36,347 nucleotides of DNA, taken from positions 62,001 through 98,347 of the forward strand of contig JAXGZF010000011.1 of assembly GCA_040771865.1 (NCBI GenBank), in the 5' to 3' direction. Numbering within the stretch: position 1 is the first letter of the stretch; every line of letters starts with the position of its first letter. This DNA is from Desulfobacterales bacterium. Lineage in GTDB: Bacteria; Desulfobacterota; Desulfobacteria; Desulfobacterales; UBA2245. A model generated the notes under the pieces. The model had not been told where the DNA came from. It was given only the letters and a program-made list of their open reading frames with translations, and searched no databases. The translations under genes were made by a program, and so were the position numbers. Shown piece after piece: positions 29,052 to 36,347 of the stretch.

Positions 29052-29296
29052 CAGACGATCTCCTCTTCACGGAGTTCTTCCAGCGTGGGCGGTCTGCCCG
29101 CGGGGCGAACCCGCAGTTCCAGGCCGAGGAATTCAAGCGCCCGGATCAGCTTGCGCACGCCGATTTCCTGCACGGTTCCGTTTTCGATCTGCCCGATGGT
29201 GGTGCGGCTCATGCCGATGGCTTTGGCCAGATCCGCCTGGGTGATTTTGCGGGTCTTTCGCGCCTGTCGAATTTTTTTTCCAATAGCAAACAGCAT
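29051..29296 (-). CDS. hipB: HipB-like XRE HTH antitoxin
   Basis: IG..IR..RK...TQ..LA...G.SR.TI..IENG; stop overlaps the hipA start (TGATG). Confidence 0.88.
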   Translation of the reverse strand: MLFAIGKKIRQARKTRKITQADLAKAIGMSRTTIGQIENGTVQEIGVRKLIRALEFLGLELRVRPAGRPPTLEELREEEIV

Positions 29297-29298
29297 AA

Positions 29299-29358
29299 AT
29301 GCATTATATGTAAATCATTTTATGTTTTCAATGCTTATTTGCATTTGATATAATGCAT
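29299..29358. promoter_or_regulatory. Inverted repeat upstream of hipB (putative autoregulatory operator)
   Basis: ATGCATTATAT (29299-29309) and ATATAATGCAT (29348-29358) in an AT-rich promoter region. Confidence 0.55.
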
Positions 29359-29907
29359 ATCATGCCCGGCGGTCCATTTTGCCGGCTGGCCGCCGATTGC
29401 GGCATCTCCGTGGATACGGCCCGGCGCTGGATCTCGGTGCTGGTTGCCAGTTTCATCGTTTTTCTCCTGCCGCCCCACCACCGCAATTTCAACAAACGGG
29501 TGATCAAAAGCCCCAAGCTCTATTTCTACGACACCGGCCTGCTCTGCCATCTGCTGGGCATCCGCCAGGCGGACCAGCTCGTAAACCACCCGCTGAGAGG
29601 CCCCGTTTTCGAAAACCATGTGGTGGCGGAAACCGCCAAAGCCTATACACACCACCGCCGGACCCCGCCCCTGTTTTTCTGGCGCGACCGGTCCGGTCGT
29701 GAAATCGATCTGATCATCGAAGAAGCCGGCACCCTCTTTCCCGTGGAGATCAAATCGGGCATGACCGTATCGTCGGACATGCTCGACAGTCTGCGCTGGT
29801 GGACCGCTCTCAGCGGTCAATCAACCGCCTGCGCCACCCTCGTCTACGGAGGCGGCGATTTCCAGACCCGTCACGGAATCGCCGTACGGCCCTGGTTCGC
29901 GATCTGA
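29353..29907 (+). pseudogene. DUF4143 C-terminal half of an AAA_14-DUF4143 ATPase (5'-truncated)
   Basis: LA.D.GIS..T...WISVL.ASF, KRVIKSPKLYFYDTGL, FEN.V..E and EIDL...PVEIKS; Walker A/B domain absent. Confidence 0.8.
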
Positions 29908-29915
29908 TCCGCCTC

Positions 29916-30082
29916 CGCCCGCTTTTTCATGGCGCTTTTTGAGGATTGGAAATACGATTCGGATTGTGCCTGTTTTCTTAAAGCGGGCTTTTTGTCACCC
30001 AAAAGTGCGTTTTAAGCCCTTTTTCGCGGCTCATTATTATTAGAATTGTTTTTATTTCAATATGTTCGCTTGGCCCGACCCC
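29916..30082 (-). repeat. Family C repeat, copy R3
   Basis: Near-identical to 31708-31874; ends in GCTTGGCCCGACCCC. Confidence 0.9.
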
Positions 30083-30109
30083 GAAACCACAAGCCACAAG
30101 CGGGAACAT

Positions 30110-31267
30110 TCATAAAAATTCACCGGACATAAACGGGTTTTCGATTCGGATGCCGCTTACGGTCAGGCTTTTCTCGCCGTTATAGAAAATACGTCCTTCC
30201 TGGCAGCGGTCGCCCGCGACATTCCGAAACCGCTCGATCCCCTTGATGAACTGAGGGTGAAAGGTCTCCGCCGATTTGATTTCCACGGGAATCAATTTTC
30301 TTTGCGCTTTAAAGATAAGATCCACTTCGTTGCCGTTGGTGTCCCTGTAAAAATAGAGTTCAGGTCTTTTCCCTGCATTGGTCTGGTTTTTCAGGATTTC
30401 CAGAAGAACCAGGTTTTCAAAAAGCGCCCCGCGCAAAGGATCGCGACTGGCCTGTTCCGCGGTTTCGATGCCCAGTAGAAAGGAGAGAAGCCCCGTGTCG
30501 CTGAAAAAGATTTTCGGTGATTTGATAACCCGCTTTCCGATATTTTCGTGAAAAGGAGCAAGTTCCCAGACCACGAAGGAAGCCTTGAGAACGCTTATCC
30601 AGTTCTTGACGGTCGTTCCCGAAACACCGACATCGTTGCTGAGGGAGGCATAGTTGATCACCTGTCCGACCCGGCCGGCAAGAAGGACAAAAAACTGCTG
30701 AAACTGCCTGAGATCTTTCAGATTGATCAAGGCGCGGACATCTCTTTCCACATATGTTTGGAGATAACTGTTGAAGAAACGGCCCGGCGCAAGTCCGTCC
30801 TCATGAAGACGCGGGTAAGCGCCCTTCACGATCAAATCGAACGGGTCCCAGTCCTGCCGATAATTCTGCAATTCCTTGAAGGAAAACGGGAAGAGGGTCA
30901 ATACCGCCGTCCGGCCGGCCAGAGATTGGCTGATACCCTGCTGAAGTTCGGGCTGGTGGCTCCCGGTCAGGATAAACATGCTCCTTTTCCGCGTAGCATC
31001 CACAATGCCCTGAAGATATGAAAGCAGTAACGGAAGACGCTGAATTTCATCCAGCACCGCGCCTTCCGGAACCCTCGAAAGAAAGCCTCTGGGGTCCGCC
31101 TCCGCAGCCATGCGGACATCCGGATCTTCGAGGGAAAAATACGGCTTGTCCGGAAATGTTGTCCGGGCAAGGGTGGTTTTCCCCGATTGACGCGGTCCCA
31201 GGATGGTCGCCACCGGATATTCAGCGACGGCGGCAAGCAGCTCGGATGTGATGTCTCGCGTGATCAT
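30110..31267 (-). CDS. AAA_14 + DUF4143 ATP-binding protein
   Basis: GPRQSGKTT Walker A, LDEIQ Walker B, LTGS, SLAGR, YVERDV, KSPKIFFSDTGL and EVD...PVEIKS. Confidence 0.93.
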   Translation of the reverse strand: MITRDITSELLAAVAEYPVATILGPRQSGKTTLARTTFPDKPYFSLEDPDVRMAAEADPRGFLSRVPEGAVLDEIQRLPLLLSYLQGIVDATRKRSMFILTGSHQPELQQGISQSLAGRTAVLTLFPFSFKELQNYRQDWDPFDLIVKGAYPRLHEDGLAPGRFFNSYLQTYVERDVRALINLKDLRQFQQFFVLLAGRVGQVINYASLSNDVGVSGTTVKNWISVLKASFVVWELAPFHENIGKRVIKSPKIFFSDTGLLSFLLGIETAEQASRDPLRGALFENLVLLEILKNQTNAGKRPELYFYRDTNGNEVDLIFKAQRKLIPVEIKSAETFHPQFIKGIERFRNVAGDRCQEGRIFYNGEKSLTVSGIRIENPFMSGEFL

Positions 31268-31372
31268 AGGTACTTATACCAATAAATTATGAAAATCTCA
31301 AGTTGAACTTTGGATTCTCATAAACTGACTGTTTCTAACGGACATCCCCGTCCGCATGCTCGAATAGGCATC

Positions 31373-31708
31373 CTATTTGAAAGCTTGGCCCCGTTCAATC
31401 ACTGCAAGGTTCAGAAGCAATGATTCAACCAAATCCAGCATTTGATTGAGTTTTTCGCCGAAATCATCGGCCGAAAAGCTTCTCAGGCTCATGCCGGCGT
31501 GGTTGATGTCGTTTCGCAATTCCCGCAAGGTGGAAGCCGCTTTTTCTATCTCCGGCACGGTTTGAATCGCCCTGACCAGCCGGCGGGTCAGTTCTTTATT
31601 GTCTCCGGCATCGCGCTTCCAGTCGTTTTCGGGCTTTTTCCGATTTACGATGTCTAACGCCTGGGATGCAATTTCACGTGTTGTGATATCGGTGATCTGT
31701 TCCGACTC
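31373..31708 (-). pseudogene. C-terminal HEPN fragment of a Csx1/Csm6-like (TM1812-type) nuclease
   Basis: Frame is open from the edge of repeat R4 with no convincing start: ...REIASQALDIVNRKKPENDWKRDAGDNKELTRRL...LRELRNDINHAGM (RxxxxH motif)...FGEKLNQML. Confidence 0.7.
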
Positions 31709-31874
31709 GCCCGCTTTTTCATAGCGCTTTTTGAGGATAGGAAAAACGATTCGAATTGTGCCTGTTTTCTTAAAGCGGGCTTTTTGACACCCAAAAGTGC
31801 GTTTTAAGCCCTTTTTCGCGGCTTATTTTTATTTGAATTCTTTTTATTTCAATATGTTCGCTTGGCCCGACCCC
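31708..31874 (-). repeat. Family C repeat, copy R4
   Basis: Near-identical to R3; ends in GCTTGGCCCGACCCC. Confidence 0.9.
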
Positions 31875-31887
31875 GTATCCCTAATCG

Positions 31888-31982
31888 TTTTTTGATATCA
31901 AAAAGTGCATTTTAAGCCCTGTTTTGCGGCTGATTTTTAATTGATTTGTTTTGATTTCAAAATCTTAGCTTGGCCCGACCCC
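31888..31982 (-). repeat. Family C repeat, copy R5 (short, in tandem with R4)
   Basis: TTTTTGA...AAAAGTGCATTTTAAGCCCTG...ATTTCAA...GCTTGGCCCGACCCC. Confidence 0.85.
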
Positions 31983-32530
31983 ACTTCCATATATGCCTGC
32001 CGGCTGAAAAAGGATCTGTTTTGGATTGCATCCCCCAGGCGCTCCAGTTCGGGATTGTCTGTCAATGTTTCTTTGGCCTTATTAAAATATTCTTCAATCG
32101 TGCGTTGAGGGTTTGGTGCGCCGGATTGCGGGTCCACGAATGCCAGCGCCACAAGCAAACCGAAATTCCAATCCGCCATTCCGGGCGCTTTTCGAAGTTC
32201 TTTGTACAGATCATGAAGGAGATCGACATGGCTCTCGGGAACCGTTTTTTCCTCTAACAGGGCGTTGAAAAACAAGACTCAGGCCGTCAGGCAAGGCGCG
32301 CGGCGATGCGACAAGCGCAGCATATTCAGGCATATGCGAGCACTGGCGAGAGCCGCGCAACGCTGAATGGCAGCCTCAGGCGCAGTTTTTCAACAGCCTG
32401 CCAAGGCAAGCTCCCACCGAAAAAGAGGAACATCCATCGACAGATGTTCAAGAATGCATTGGACCCGCTGTTCCGCATTCTCCCCGCTGTCATAGAGGCT
32501 TAGGCTCGGACTTTCATACCACAGACTCAT
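31983..32530 (-). pseudogene. Hypothetical gene split by MITE copy 6 and 3'-truncated by repeat R5
   Basis: AGGAGG RBS before ATG 32530 (MSLWYESP...). Removing the MITE plus one 4-bp duplicate joins RWELA to LEEKTVPE in frame, and the frame runs into GGGGTCGGGCC without a native stop. Confidence 0.7.
32258..32400 (+). mobile_element. 143-bp MITE, family A, copy 6 (intragenic)
   Basis: Same TIRs and body; flanks CTAA / CCAA (one mismatch). Confidence 0.9.
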
Positions 32531-32560
32531 TATCGATCCTCCTGTTCCATCGTATTCATT

Positions 32561-32673
32561 CCGTTTCCTTAGAGCCCGCTTTTTGACGCCCAAAAGTGGG
32601 TTTTAAGCCCTGTTTTACGGCTCATTTTTATTAAAATTCTTTTTATTTCAACAGGTTCGCTTGGCCCGACCCC
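32561..32673 (-). repeat. Family C repeat, copy R6
   Basis: Hairpin TTAGAGCCCGCTTTT...AAAAGTGGGTTTTAA and terminal GCTTGGCCCGACCCC. Confidence 0.88.
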
Positions 32674-33109
32674 ATGCCTCGTCAAAATTTGTAGTGAATA
32701 CGCAAGGGACAAGACGGGTAGTCAATAGTGAGCCGATGACACGGTGGGCAAACGATGGGGTTCCTTTTCTAATTGCCTTTTCTATGTATTTTCGGCGATC
32801 TTCTGGGGCAGGGAAAATGGCTTCAAATGCCGCTGCATATTCAGTCGGATCGTCAGCTGGCGGAAGAACAGCGTGATTGCTGGAAAATAGATTCGTCCTT
32901 TCAATCCAGAGTGGGTCGTTGGTGTCCACTTCCCTACGGCCAACACCGGACAACTGACAAAATAATCGCTTTTTGAAGTCCTGGATCATTGCATAGCCAG
33001 TAGGAATACCTGCGGAGGCGGACGCACCGGCACCTAGGAGCCAGGTAAACTGCTGCGGCTTCAGGCAGAACATATTTGCGAACTGCGGTCCGGTTAATGT
33101 CCTTATCAT
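32648..33109 (-). pseudogene. SIR2-like NADase, N-terminal fragment truncated by repeat R6
   Basis: WLLGAGAS.SAGIPT, PS.AH and FTTNFD motifs. The last residues (WGRAKRTC) are encoded by the repeat, and the catalytic-His region is missing. Confidence 0.85.
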
Positions 33110-33176
33110 TCGCTGTTCTTAATCCTATTTTTTATGCATAAGCCCTTGAAACTTACTGTGTGCACCTACGATTGCT

Positions 33177-34961
33177 CTATTGTTTCTCAAAAACTTCGAT
33201 CAAATTCCCATCCGGATCGAGACATCTGAAAAACCGGCGAGATGATTGTCCCCAGTTTTCAAGTTTGGTCACAATCTGGACCTTGTTTTCCATAACCGCT
33301 TTAAATTTGTTCGGGATCTCCGCCACTTCAATATAGAGAAGAGACCGGAATCCGACTCCAGGGAAGTTCTTAGCGTAAGATGCGGGTGCGAGGACCAGCC
33401 CTTGGTGGAAGACAACCACGTCCTGCGATTCCTTCTTGATGCTAAGCCCCAGCAGCCCCTTATAGAAGCGGACCGACTTTTCCATAGAATACACCGGCAG
33501 CTTCGGACCAAAACTCAATCGCTCCAGCAAGGGCTGGGGTTGGCGCTGATTTTCTGAGGTTTTCCCTATAAATGAAGTGATGGTGGTTCGCCGCTGAGCC
33601 GGTTGCCATCCGAAGTCCCCCTTGGAAATCTTGTTGAGATAGATTGTTTGGCCGTCTTCCGTAGTGAGTTTCAGGAATTCAACCTTGAATTTCCCGCTGC
33701 TTCCGACCTGATCCGGGCTACGGCTCACCGTCGCCTTGCGGCGATCGGGAAGTCTGGTTTCCCTCGCGTTGGGAGCCGCCACCACGTCGTCGATCCAGTT
33801 CTTGAGGGAGGTCCTTCTGAGCGGCTCAATACTGGCCTTGTCATCTACTTGGCCACCCGCCAAGCGCGACGCGCATTTCTCGATATAGCTCGCGTCCTGG
33901 ATACCTTGTTTTACCGTCGATAGCCAGTCTGAACCATTGATACAGCCGAGCAGGCCGCCTGTCATCGAGGCAATCGTGTCGGTGTCCGAACCGATTGCGA
34001 ATGCGGCCTTCACCACGCCGTTGATCGGGTCGGCGGCGTGGCGCGACGCGAGATACACCGCCGCGATCGCCGCCACGGTCCCGGCACCGCTAATCTTGCT
34101 GAAGCACTGGAGCTTTTTCAGCACATCGTCATCGAAACTCAACGCCCCCTTCGCGAGTTCTGTTCTGCAGACCTCGAGATATTCCAAGACCTCGGCCTTG
34201 GCCGATTCCCAAAGCTTTGCGTAGGCTTGGAGGCTTTTTTCCGCTTGGCTCTTCCATTCGGGCTGGATGGTCGGGGCGGTTGGAAAAGTGGACCAGACCT
34301 CTGCGTTTTTGATCAAATCCTCCACCAATTCACCATACGCCAGTTTCGAATCCTTGCGGAAAGCCGCCCACAGTGCGAAACCGTAGGCCAAAGCGCCCAA
34401 AAGCGCCCGGGGGTGTCCATGGGTCGTGACGCCGTCAAGGAATATGTTGGCGGCGATCTCAGGATACTCTTTTTCGCCCAAGCGCAAGACATGCGGCAGG
34501 ACGCGCATCGCGACACCGTTGCCGCCCGCGTCGAAATAACGCTTCACATCCTGGGGCTTCCGGTTCGGACTCCATGGCGCGATCCCATCCAGCCACGAAT
34601 CGATCGCTCTCTTGGTCGCGCCGCCCCCGCCACGTTCATAAGCGGACCAAAAGGGCAGCTCCACCTGAGTGAAGTAGTCCCACCAGACCTCCCCTTTCAA
34701 AAGCGACCGGCAGAGGCAAAGAATAAGCTGTGTGTCGTCGCTGTACTCGCCAGCCTCAATAGTCTCCTCGTGAGGAAAAAAACGCCCACCCGAGCGGCGG
34801 GTCCAGCTTCTGAAATCATGGAGACGGCCCTGTGGTTGTTTTTGCACTTTCGACTTGCCGACCCGTTCATTCGGCCAGCCTAACGCGTCGCCGCAGGCCG
34901 CAGCCAGCATGGCACCCACGGCCTTGCTCGCTTTCAACTTTATTGTAATGTTATCGGCCAT
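33177..34961 (-). CDS. ADP-ribosylglycohydrolase (ARH/DraG family) fused to a C-terminal VOC/glyoxalase-like domain
   Basis: GAML..ACGDALG, YSDDTQL, GNGVAMR, THGH and GSDTDTIASMTG.L.G; C-terminal V.SMEKS.RFY..LLGL...FRCLDPDGNLIEVFE. Confidence 0.9.
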   Translation of the reverse strand: MADNITIKLKASKAVGAMLAAACGDALGWPNERVGKSKVQKQPQGRLHDFRSWTRRSGGRFFPHEETIEAGEYSDDTQLILCLCRSLLKGEVWWDYFTQVELPFWSAYERGGGGATKRAIDSWLDGIAPWSPNRKPQDVKRYFDAGGNGVAMRVLPHVLRLGEKEYPEIAANIFLDGVTTHGHPRALLGALAYGFALWAAFRKDSKLAYGELVEDLIKNAEVWSTFPTAPTIQPEWKSQAEKSLQAYAKLWESAKAEVLEYLEVCRTELAKGALSFDDDVLKKLQCFSKISGAGTVAAIAAVYLASRHAADPINGVVKAAFAIGSDTDTIASMTGGLLGCINGSDWLSTVKQGIQDASYIEKCASRLAGGQVDDKASIEPLRRTSLKNWIDDVVAAPNARETRLPDRRKATVSRSPDQVGSSGKFKVEFLKLTTEDGQTIYLNKISKGDFGWQPAQRRTTITSFIGKTSENQRQPQPLLERLSFGPKLPVYSMEKSVRFYKGLLGLSIKKESQDVVVFHQGLVLAPASYAKNFPGVGFRSLLYIEVAEIPNKFKAVMENKVQIVTKLENWGQSSRRFFRCLDPDGNLIEVFEKQ

Positions 34962-35649
34962 GAAGACCTCCGTTCTTATATAGCGTTTCCGACGCCCGGT
35001 CTCCGCGTTGAATCATCCGCGAGAGCGAGGTTTTGTTAAAGAAGTCCGGAGCGATGTAAATCGGTTTATCAATAGTGATTCCCTGCAGGCGCAGTCGGCA
35101 AATTTCCCGTTGTGCCTGCTCTTCTGTATGAACAGCGATACCGGCAATTGAATCAAGTGGAATCGGGTCCCTGAGAAGAACTTCCGCCTGTATATCAGTC
35201 GGCGCTGCGGGAAGATGTCTCGCGGACCGAGTATAAGCAGTGAACCCGGGAGATGTCGGGGCAAAAAGAGAGCGGAACCCCTCAATCCCCGTTCGGATGT
35301 ACCCGCCGCGAGAGCGTGCCGCGTTGCACGGGCAAAAACATGTCTCAGGGTGCCACAGGTAACTGGGATCGATCATCAACACGACCCAGTCCTTGAAAAG
35401 AGGCTCACGTTCCCGGACCTTGAGGAAGTAATAGGTGTTCGGGTACTCGATGGAGCAACAGATCAGATCGTTTCTTCCGTCAAACCGTTCCGTGTCTGTC
35501 GGATTGTGCGGTAAATCATGTTCCTGTAGCGTCCTGGTCGAACAAAGCCCCAACGGATAGTCAAAGATATGGGCCAGGCTTCGCGACTGCGTGAAATGGC
35601 AGATCCGGGTGATCCCACGACTGGCGCACTCTTGTCGGATCAAGTTCAT
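34951..35649 (-). CDS. DarT-like (DUF4433) DNA ADP-ribosyltransferase
   Basis: N-terminal HFT...L..I...GL, RFDG....ICCSIEYPN..Y, NAA and QAEVL....IP...I, which carries the catalytic-Glu motif of DarT. Confidence 0.8.
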   Translation of the reverse strand: MNLIRQECASRGITRICHFTQSRSLAHIFDYPLGLCSTRTLQEHDLPHNPTDTERFDGRNDLICCSIEYPNTYYFLKVREREPLFKDWVVLMIDPSYLWHPETCFCPCNAARSRGGYIRTGIEGFRSLFAPTSPGFTAYTRSARHLPAAPTDIQAEVLLRDPIPLDSIAGIAVHTEEQAQREICRLRLQGITIDKPIYIAPDFFNKTSLSRMIQRGDRASETLYKNGGLHGR

Positions 35650-36347
35650 GGCTTGACCCTCTGGTAGAGTGACTCGTCTGTCGGGAGCAGTGGCGTGAGC
35701 GCACCGCTGTAAAGCAGGATCAGGTTCGTTTTCGCCCGGGTCGCCGCCACATAGAGAAGTCTGCCGTCGTGGGTGAGGGCGTCTTCTTCCCCGTGGGACG
35801 CTATGTAATCCTTGTCAGGAAGGTTGTCGACGTCCAGAAAAGGAACTATCACCACATCAAACTCAAGCCCCTTAGCCGCATGGTAGGTGCCGTGGTATAT
35901 GCCGGGGCCGTCGTTCCAAACCTTAAGGTCGCGATGAAGCCTGGTCGCCTCGCCCCCGAGGGCCGCGCTGAAGACCTTCTCCTGCGCCCTGTCTCTTACG
36001 AGGATGGCAACGCTCAGTGTTTTGGCGGCGCTCCTTGCTGCCTTAAGGGCGATCTCCACCTGCTGCTTCCTGTCCCCGCACTCGACCAAAGTAGGCAGAG
36101 CGCCATCAGCTCTTGGGGAGGTCGGCTCAACCAGATCAGGGATATCGTGAAAGAAAGGCATCCTTGAGATTGCCAACCCAAGCTGGGCAATCTGTTTGGT
36201 GTTCCGGTAATTTTCCTTAAAGAACCATTGCTGGGGGATGTGCAACCCAGCGGAGCGCCAGCTCATCCGCTGCCCGTAGATTTGTTGGGCGACATCCCCG
36301 AAGAACGAAAGAGAACCGTCCTCGGGAATCGCCGCTACCAACGAGCG
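35646..36347 (-). CDS. UvrD-like superfamily 1 helicase, C-terminal part (5' end outside the window)
   Basis: FGD.AQ.IY (motif III), ENYRNT.QIA (IV), TYHAAKGLEFD.V (V) and LLYVAATRA (VI); frame is open to the window edge. Confidence 0.9.
   Translation of the reverse strand, partial: RSLVAAIPEDGSLSFFGDVAQQIYGQRMSWRSAGLHIPQQWFFKENYRNTKQIAQLGLAISRMPFFHDIPDLVEPTSPRADGALPTLVECGDRKQQVEIALKAARSAAKTLSVAILVRDRAQEKVFSAALGGEATRLHRDLKVWNDGPGIYHGTYHAAKGLEFDVVIVPFLDVDNLPDKDYIASHGEEDALTHDGRLLYVAATRAKTNLILLYSGALTPLLPTDESLYQRVKP

Noticed and set aside
30068..30082. GGGGTC end as a Tn3-family 38-bp inverted repeat
   Set aside because: All copies are direct, none inverted; there is no Tn3-type internal TAAG end, no 5-bp duplication and no transposase.
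31330..31372. GTTAGAA after the HEPN fragment as an attC core site
   Set aside because: It does not fit GTTRRRY and has no complementary RYYYAAC inverse core upstream.
29916..32673. Family C repeats as a CRISPR array or integron attC sites
   Set aside because: Units are 95-170 bp with spacing from 13 bp to kilobases. There are no RYYYAAC/GTTRRRY paired ends, no integrase or cas1 in the window, and they truncate genes rather than flank whole cassettes.

Overview
Bacterial chromosomal window, probably from a Desulfobacterota-like organism (inference from gene content and repeat types). The left ~22.8 kb is mostly housekeeping: HAD phosphatase, site-2 protease, patatin, EF-P-like protein, a HEAT + HD-GYP pair, acyl-CoA dehydrogenase, Prc, RluA, PepT, thioesterase and a DASS transporter. 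It also holds an IS630 remnant and an internally deleted TrpB2 gene with a candidate attenuator. The right ~13.5 kb is an accessory/defence island of nearly all minus-strand genes: CPA1 antiporter + KtrAB, HipBA, AAA-DUF4143 ATPases, a Csx1-type HEPN fragment and a truncated SIR2. It ends in an intact, translationally coupled operon of SF1 helicase, DarT-like (DUF4433) ADP-ribosyltransferase and an ARH/DraG-family ADP-ribosylglycohydrolase fused to a VOC domain, which is the best candidate for an undescribed system. Three repeat families are visible. (A) A 143-bp palindromic MITE with 16-bp TIRs and 4-bp target duplications: 6 full copies plus 1 short variant. (B) A degenerate ~150-180-bp intergenic repeat: 3 copies. 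(C) A co-oriented hairpin-containing repeat with one sharp end (GGGGTCGGGCCAAGC on the minus strand): 6 copies confined to the island, separating and truncating its genes. All family assignments come from motif recognition by eye; no searches were run.
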